DNA from: Bradymonadia bacterium | Lineage (GTDB): Bacteria > Myxococcota_A > Bradymonadia > UBA7976 > UBA1532 | Length of the DNA: 64,000 nt | Assembly (NCBI GenBank): GCA_046290225.1 | Contig: JBKAGE010000048.1 | Location: 25,304-89,303 of the forward strand | Direction of reading: 5' to 3' | In this document: one piece after another, positions 60,766-64,000 of the stretch | How the letters are laid out: each line of letters starts with the position of its first letter | Position numbering within the stretch: the first letter of the stretch is position 1 | Made by a program: the position numbers and the translations under genes | The notes under the pieces: model-generated | Told to the model about the DNA's origin: nothing | Databases searched by the model: none | The model's input: only the letters and a program-made list of their open reading frames with translations

Positions 60766-61268
60766 CAGTACTCTCGCTCCTCGAACCAGCGGGCCACCAC
60801 CTCGGTGTGCAGGGGGAAGGCCAGAGATCTGGGCGCAGTGAGCACCGTGCGGGCAGAGGTCTCGCTCGTACCGGTGAAGGGAGGCAGTGTGCCCTCGGCG
60901 AGGGGAGGGGCCAGGCCGAAGATGAGCACCGTGCTGTCGGGGGCGCTCCTCACGTCGAAGGGGACGATGCGGCCCTCTTCGATGCGCACACCTGTCTCTT
61001 CGTACAGCTCCCGAGCGGCGGCGCTCGTCCACGACTCGCCGAGATCGATGAAGCCGCCCGGCAGGGCGAGCAACCCCTTACGGGGCTCGATGGCCCTGCG
61101 GATGGCCAACAAGCCGAGCTCGCCGGCGCTGTGTCGTACAGGCTGTAGCAAGACCGCCACCGGGGTGGGATTCAGATATCGCGTGTGACCACACGCCGCG
61201 CAGGTCCGTGGCCAGGGCCCGCCGGCGTCGGGGTAGGGGGTGCCACAGTTTTCACAATGCGTGCGCAT
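60765..61268 (-). CDS. Nudix hydrolase with N-terminal zinc ribbon
   Basis: CENCG...CAACG, LPGGF and RELYEETG motifs; TGATG overlap with the cytochrome gene. Confidence 0.9.
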   Translation of the reverse strand: MRTHCENCGTPYPDAGGPWPRTCAACGHTRYLNPTPVAVLLQPVRHSAGELGLLAIRRAIEPRKGLLALPGGFIDLGESWTSAAARELYEETGVRIEEGRIVPFDVRSAPDSTVLIFGLAPPLAEGTLPPFTGTSETSARTVLTAPRSLAFPLHTEVVARWFEEREY

Positions 61269-61524
61269 GGAAGCTCCTGACTGAACACACGCCACAGAAA
61301 GCTTCCGTGCTCAGGTGCGTTGTGGATGAACGAAATATCGTCACAACGTGATTTCGGTGCCCGCTGGCAACGCAATCTCGGTGAATCGGTCGCTGAGGGG
61401 CCGAAAAACCGCAGAGTCACGTTGCCGAAATGTTGGCACGGTCTGTGACTATACACAGGGCAAAACCAGCCACCAACCTGGGGCGCTCTCCAGGACTCGT
61501 GGCCCCCAAAGATTGGAGTATGTC

Positions 61525-62961
61525 ATGGCCATCACCCTCGCTCAGCAGCCCTACGACGTCGACGTCGCCATCATCGGCGCCGGCAGCGCCGGCCTCCGGG
61601 CCTATCGTGCCGCCCTCGCCCACACAGATCGCGTGGCGCTCATCGAAGGCGGCCCCTACGGCACCACCTGCGCCCGCGTCGGGTGCATGCCCTCCAAGCT
61701 GCTCATCTCGGCAGCAGACGCTGTACATCACGTAGAGCAGGCAGGCCTGTTCGGCGTCGAGGTCGACGCCCCAGTGGTCAACGGCCCCGCGGTGATGGAT
61801 CGGGTGCGGCGAGAGCGGGATCGGTTCGTGGGCTTCGTCGTCGAGAGCACCGAGGCCATCGACGAGGCCCACCGCATCAAGGGCTACGCCCGGTTCATCG
61901 ACGCCCACACGCTGCAGATTGGCGATCGCCGGCTCACGGTGAAGTCGGTGGTCATCGCCACGGGCTCTCGCCCCAACGTGCTGCCCATGTTCGAGGGCCT
62001 CGGCGATCGGCTCATCGTCAACGACGACATCTTCGACTGGACCGACCTGCCTGCATCGGTGGCGGTCTTCGGCCCGGGTGTCATCGGCCTTGAGCTGGGT
62101 CAGGCCCTCGCCCGCCTCGGGGTGAAGGTGCGCATCTTCGGCAAGGGCGGCTTTGTGGGGCCCATCACCGATCCGGTACTCCTCGCCGAGGCCACGGCGC
62201 TCTTCCAAGAAGAGCTGGCGCTCCAGCCCGACGCCGAGGTCCACAGCCTGGAGCGCGTCGAGCAGGGCGTGGCCGTCACCTTCGACGATGCCAATGGCGA
62301 GCGCGTCACCGAGATCTTCGAGTATGTGCTCGCCGCCACGGGCCGCCGGGCAAACGTCGACTCCATCGGTCTGGAGCACACGGGGCTGACGCTCGATCGC
62401 CGCGGGGTGCCCGTCTTCGACAGCTCGACGATGCAGGCGGGCAACAGCCACATCTTCATCGCTGGTGACGTAAACAACGATCGTCCGCTGCTTCACGAGG
62501 CCGCAGACGAAGGCGCTATCGCCGGAGACAACGCCGCCCGCTGGCCCGCCGCTGCGCAGGCTGGCCTGCGTCGCAGCCCCATCGCCGTGGTGTTCTCGGA
62601 CCCTCAGATCGCGCTGGTGGGCCAAACCCATCGAGCCCTCGTCGTCGAGGGAGCCGACTTCGTCATCGGTGATGTCAGCTTCGCCGATCAGGGCCGCAGT
62701 CGGGTGATGGGGGTGAACCGTGGCAGCCTGCGGGTGTACGCCTCGGTGCAGACGGGCCGCTTCCTCGGCGCGGAGATGGTGGGTCCCCGGGCGGAGCACA
62801 TGGCGCATTTGCTGGCGTGGTCACATCAGCAAGGGCTCACGATCGACCAGATGCTCGACATGCCCTTCTACCACCCCGTGGTGGAGGAGGGCCTCAGAAC
62901 GGCGCTTCGCAACGCCCAGGCTGCGCTGCGTACAGCCTCGCGTTTCGAGGCCAGCGCATAA
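61525..62961 (+). CDS. Dihydrolipoyl dehydrogenase-like flavin disulfide reductase
   Basis: [25 protein letters not shown] and YHPVVEEG motifs. Confidence 0.92.
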   Translation: MAITLAQQPYDVDVAIIGAGSAGLRAYRAALAHTDRVALIEGGPYGTTCARVGCMPSKLLISAADAVHHVEQAGLFGVEVDAPVVNGPAVMDRVRRERDRFVGFVVESTEAIDEAHRIKGYARFIDAHTLQIGDRRLTVKSVVIATGSRPNVLPMFEGLGDRLIVNDDIFDWTDLPASVAVFGPGVIGLELGQALARLGVKVRIFGKGGFVGPITDPVLLAEATALFQEELALQPDAEVHSLERVEQGVAVTFDDANGERVTEIFEYVLAATGRRANVDSIGLEHTGLTLDRRGVPVFDSSTMQAGNSHIFIAGDVNNDRPLLHEAADEGAIAGDNAARWPAAAQAGLRRSPIAVVFSDPQIALVGQTHRALVVEGADFVIGDVSFADQGRSRVMGVNRGSLRVYASVQTGRFLGAEMVGPRAEHMAHLLAWSHQQGLTIDQMLDMPFYHPVVEEGLRTALRNAQAALRTASRFEASA

Positions 62962-63067
62962 CGCATACATTTCACAACCACACCCATACATCACACATCA
63001 AACATGTGAGCTCGTCAGAGCTGCTCAAGCGGAGCTGCTGGAGACGGGCCCCTCAAGGAGAAGAGAA

Positions 63068-63802
63068 ATGTTCGAGAACCGCGAAGGGCAGCGAGTGCCC
63101 GAGGTCACCTTCCCCACCATCAACGGCCACGAGTGGAGCAAGGTCTCCACCTCTGATCTGTTCGCCGGCAAGACGGTGGTGGTGTTCTCGCTGCCCGGGG
63201 CCTTCACGCCCACCTGCAGCAGCGCCCACGTACCCCGCTACAACGAGCTGGCACCGGTCTTCGCCAGCCACGGCGTCGACGACATCATCTGCGTGTCGGT
63301 GAACGACACCTTCGTCATGAACGCCTGGAAGGTGGATCAAGAGGCCGACAACATCACCTTCCTGCCCGACGGCACTGGTGAGTTCACCGAGAAGATGGGC
63401 CTGCTCGTGGACAAGAGCGCCATCGGCTTCGGCAAGCGCTCCTGGCGCTACTCGATGCTGGTGAAGGATGGGGTGATCGAGAAGATGTTCATCGAGCCCG
63501 ACGAGCCCGGCGACCCCTTCAAGGTCTCCGACGCCGACACGATGCTCAACTACATCGCCCCCGAGGCCGCTCATCAGCCCGACATCCTGCTGCTCACGAA
63601 GCCGGGCTGCGGCCACTGCGCCCGGGCCAAGGCGGCCCTCGCCGAGGCTGGCCTGGCCTACGACGAGCTGCCGACGACGCCCCGCACCCTGCGGGCGGTC
63701 TCGGGCACGCCGACGACCCCTCGCGTCTTCGTCGACGGTGAGCTGATCGGCGGTGCTGATGAGCTGGTGAGTTGGATTGGCTCCAGGGCTTCAACCACGT
63801 GA
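63068..63802 (+). CDS. Hybrid peroxiredoxin (Prx5)-glutaredoxin
   Basis: [28 protein letters not shown] and C-terminal Grx CGHC...TTPRVF..G..IGG. Confidence 0.94.
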   Translation: MFENREGQRVPEVTFPTINGHEWSKVSTSDLFAGKTVVVFSLPGAFTPTCSSAHVPRYNELAPVFASHGVDDIICVSVNDTFVMNAWKVDQEADNITFLPDGTGEFTEKMGLLVDKSAIGFGKRSWRYSMLVKDGVIEKMFIEPDEPGDPFKVSDADTMLNYIAPEAAHQPDILLLTKPGCGHCARAKAALAEAGLAYDELPTTPRTLRAVSGTPTTPRVFVDGELIGGADELVSWIGSRASTT

Positions 63803-63846
63803 GTGACCGCCTTGGCTCCAGGGCTCCAACCGCGTGAGTGACCGCC
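63777..63846 (+). repeat. 35-bp tandem duplication spanning the peroxiredoxin stop codon
   Basis: 63777-63811 versus 63812-63846, two mismatches. Confidence 0.8.
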
Positions 63847-64000
63847 AGCGCCGCGATCTGCGGCGTCTGAGCGGCGCCTCAATCCTCGACGTAGCCTTTG
63901 GCTCTGATCGTCCTACACATCTTTTGGTGTAGTGGTGGATTGGTTAGCGGCGAGCCAGCCCAGCTCGAACATGAGGATTTTTTCGAATCCTCGACCAAGT

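Noticed and set aside
61434..61450. Sigma54-like TGGCAC upstream of the reductase
   Set aside because: The -12 GC dinucleotide is absent (GTGA)
63880..64000. Possible gene end at the window edge
   Set aside because: Too short to assign a frame or function

Overview
GC-rich bacterial chromosomal window, probably Myxococcota/Bradymonadia-like (a MYXO-CTERM-like tail, Gly-rich lipoproteins and a sigma54-type promoter point this way; the taxonomy is inference). It contains the end of an atypical Pel exopolysaccharide operon (TPR-pelD-pelE-pelF-pelG-beta-barrel) and a coupled Rnl2 RNA ligase/PhoD/DUF4291 operon. A classical menaquinone cluster (menF-D-A-C-E, polyprenyl synthase, DAHP synthase, menG) lies divergent from a GbsR-type regulator, with two visible operators and a thioesterase nested antisense inside menE. 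There is also an AAA-ATPase/nuclease gene with a palindromic repeat array over its promoter, two large structured intergenic inverted-repeat elements and many housekeeping or stress genes (msrA, prmC, gpsA, Nudix, Prx5-Grx). The best candidate for a new system is at 36590-40846. There a DUF692/MNIO enzyme with a fused C-terminal domain follows two paralogous ~320-aa Tat-exported proteins that share a Cys-containing C-terminal motif, and a lipoprotein; this may be an MNIO that modifies full-size proteins rather than short peptides. No rRNA, tRNA, CRISPR array or transposase was found. All family calls come from motif recognition by eye, not database searches.
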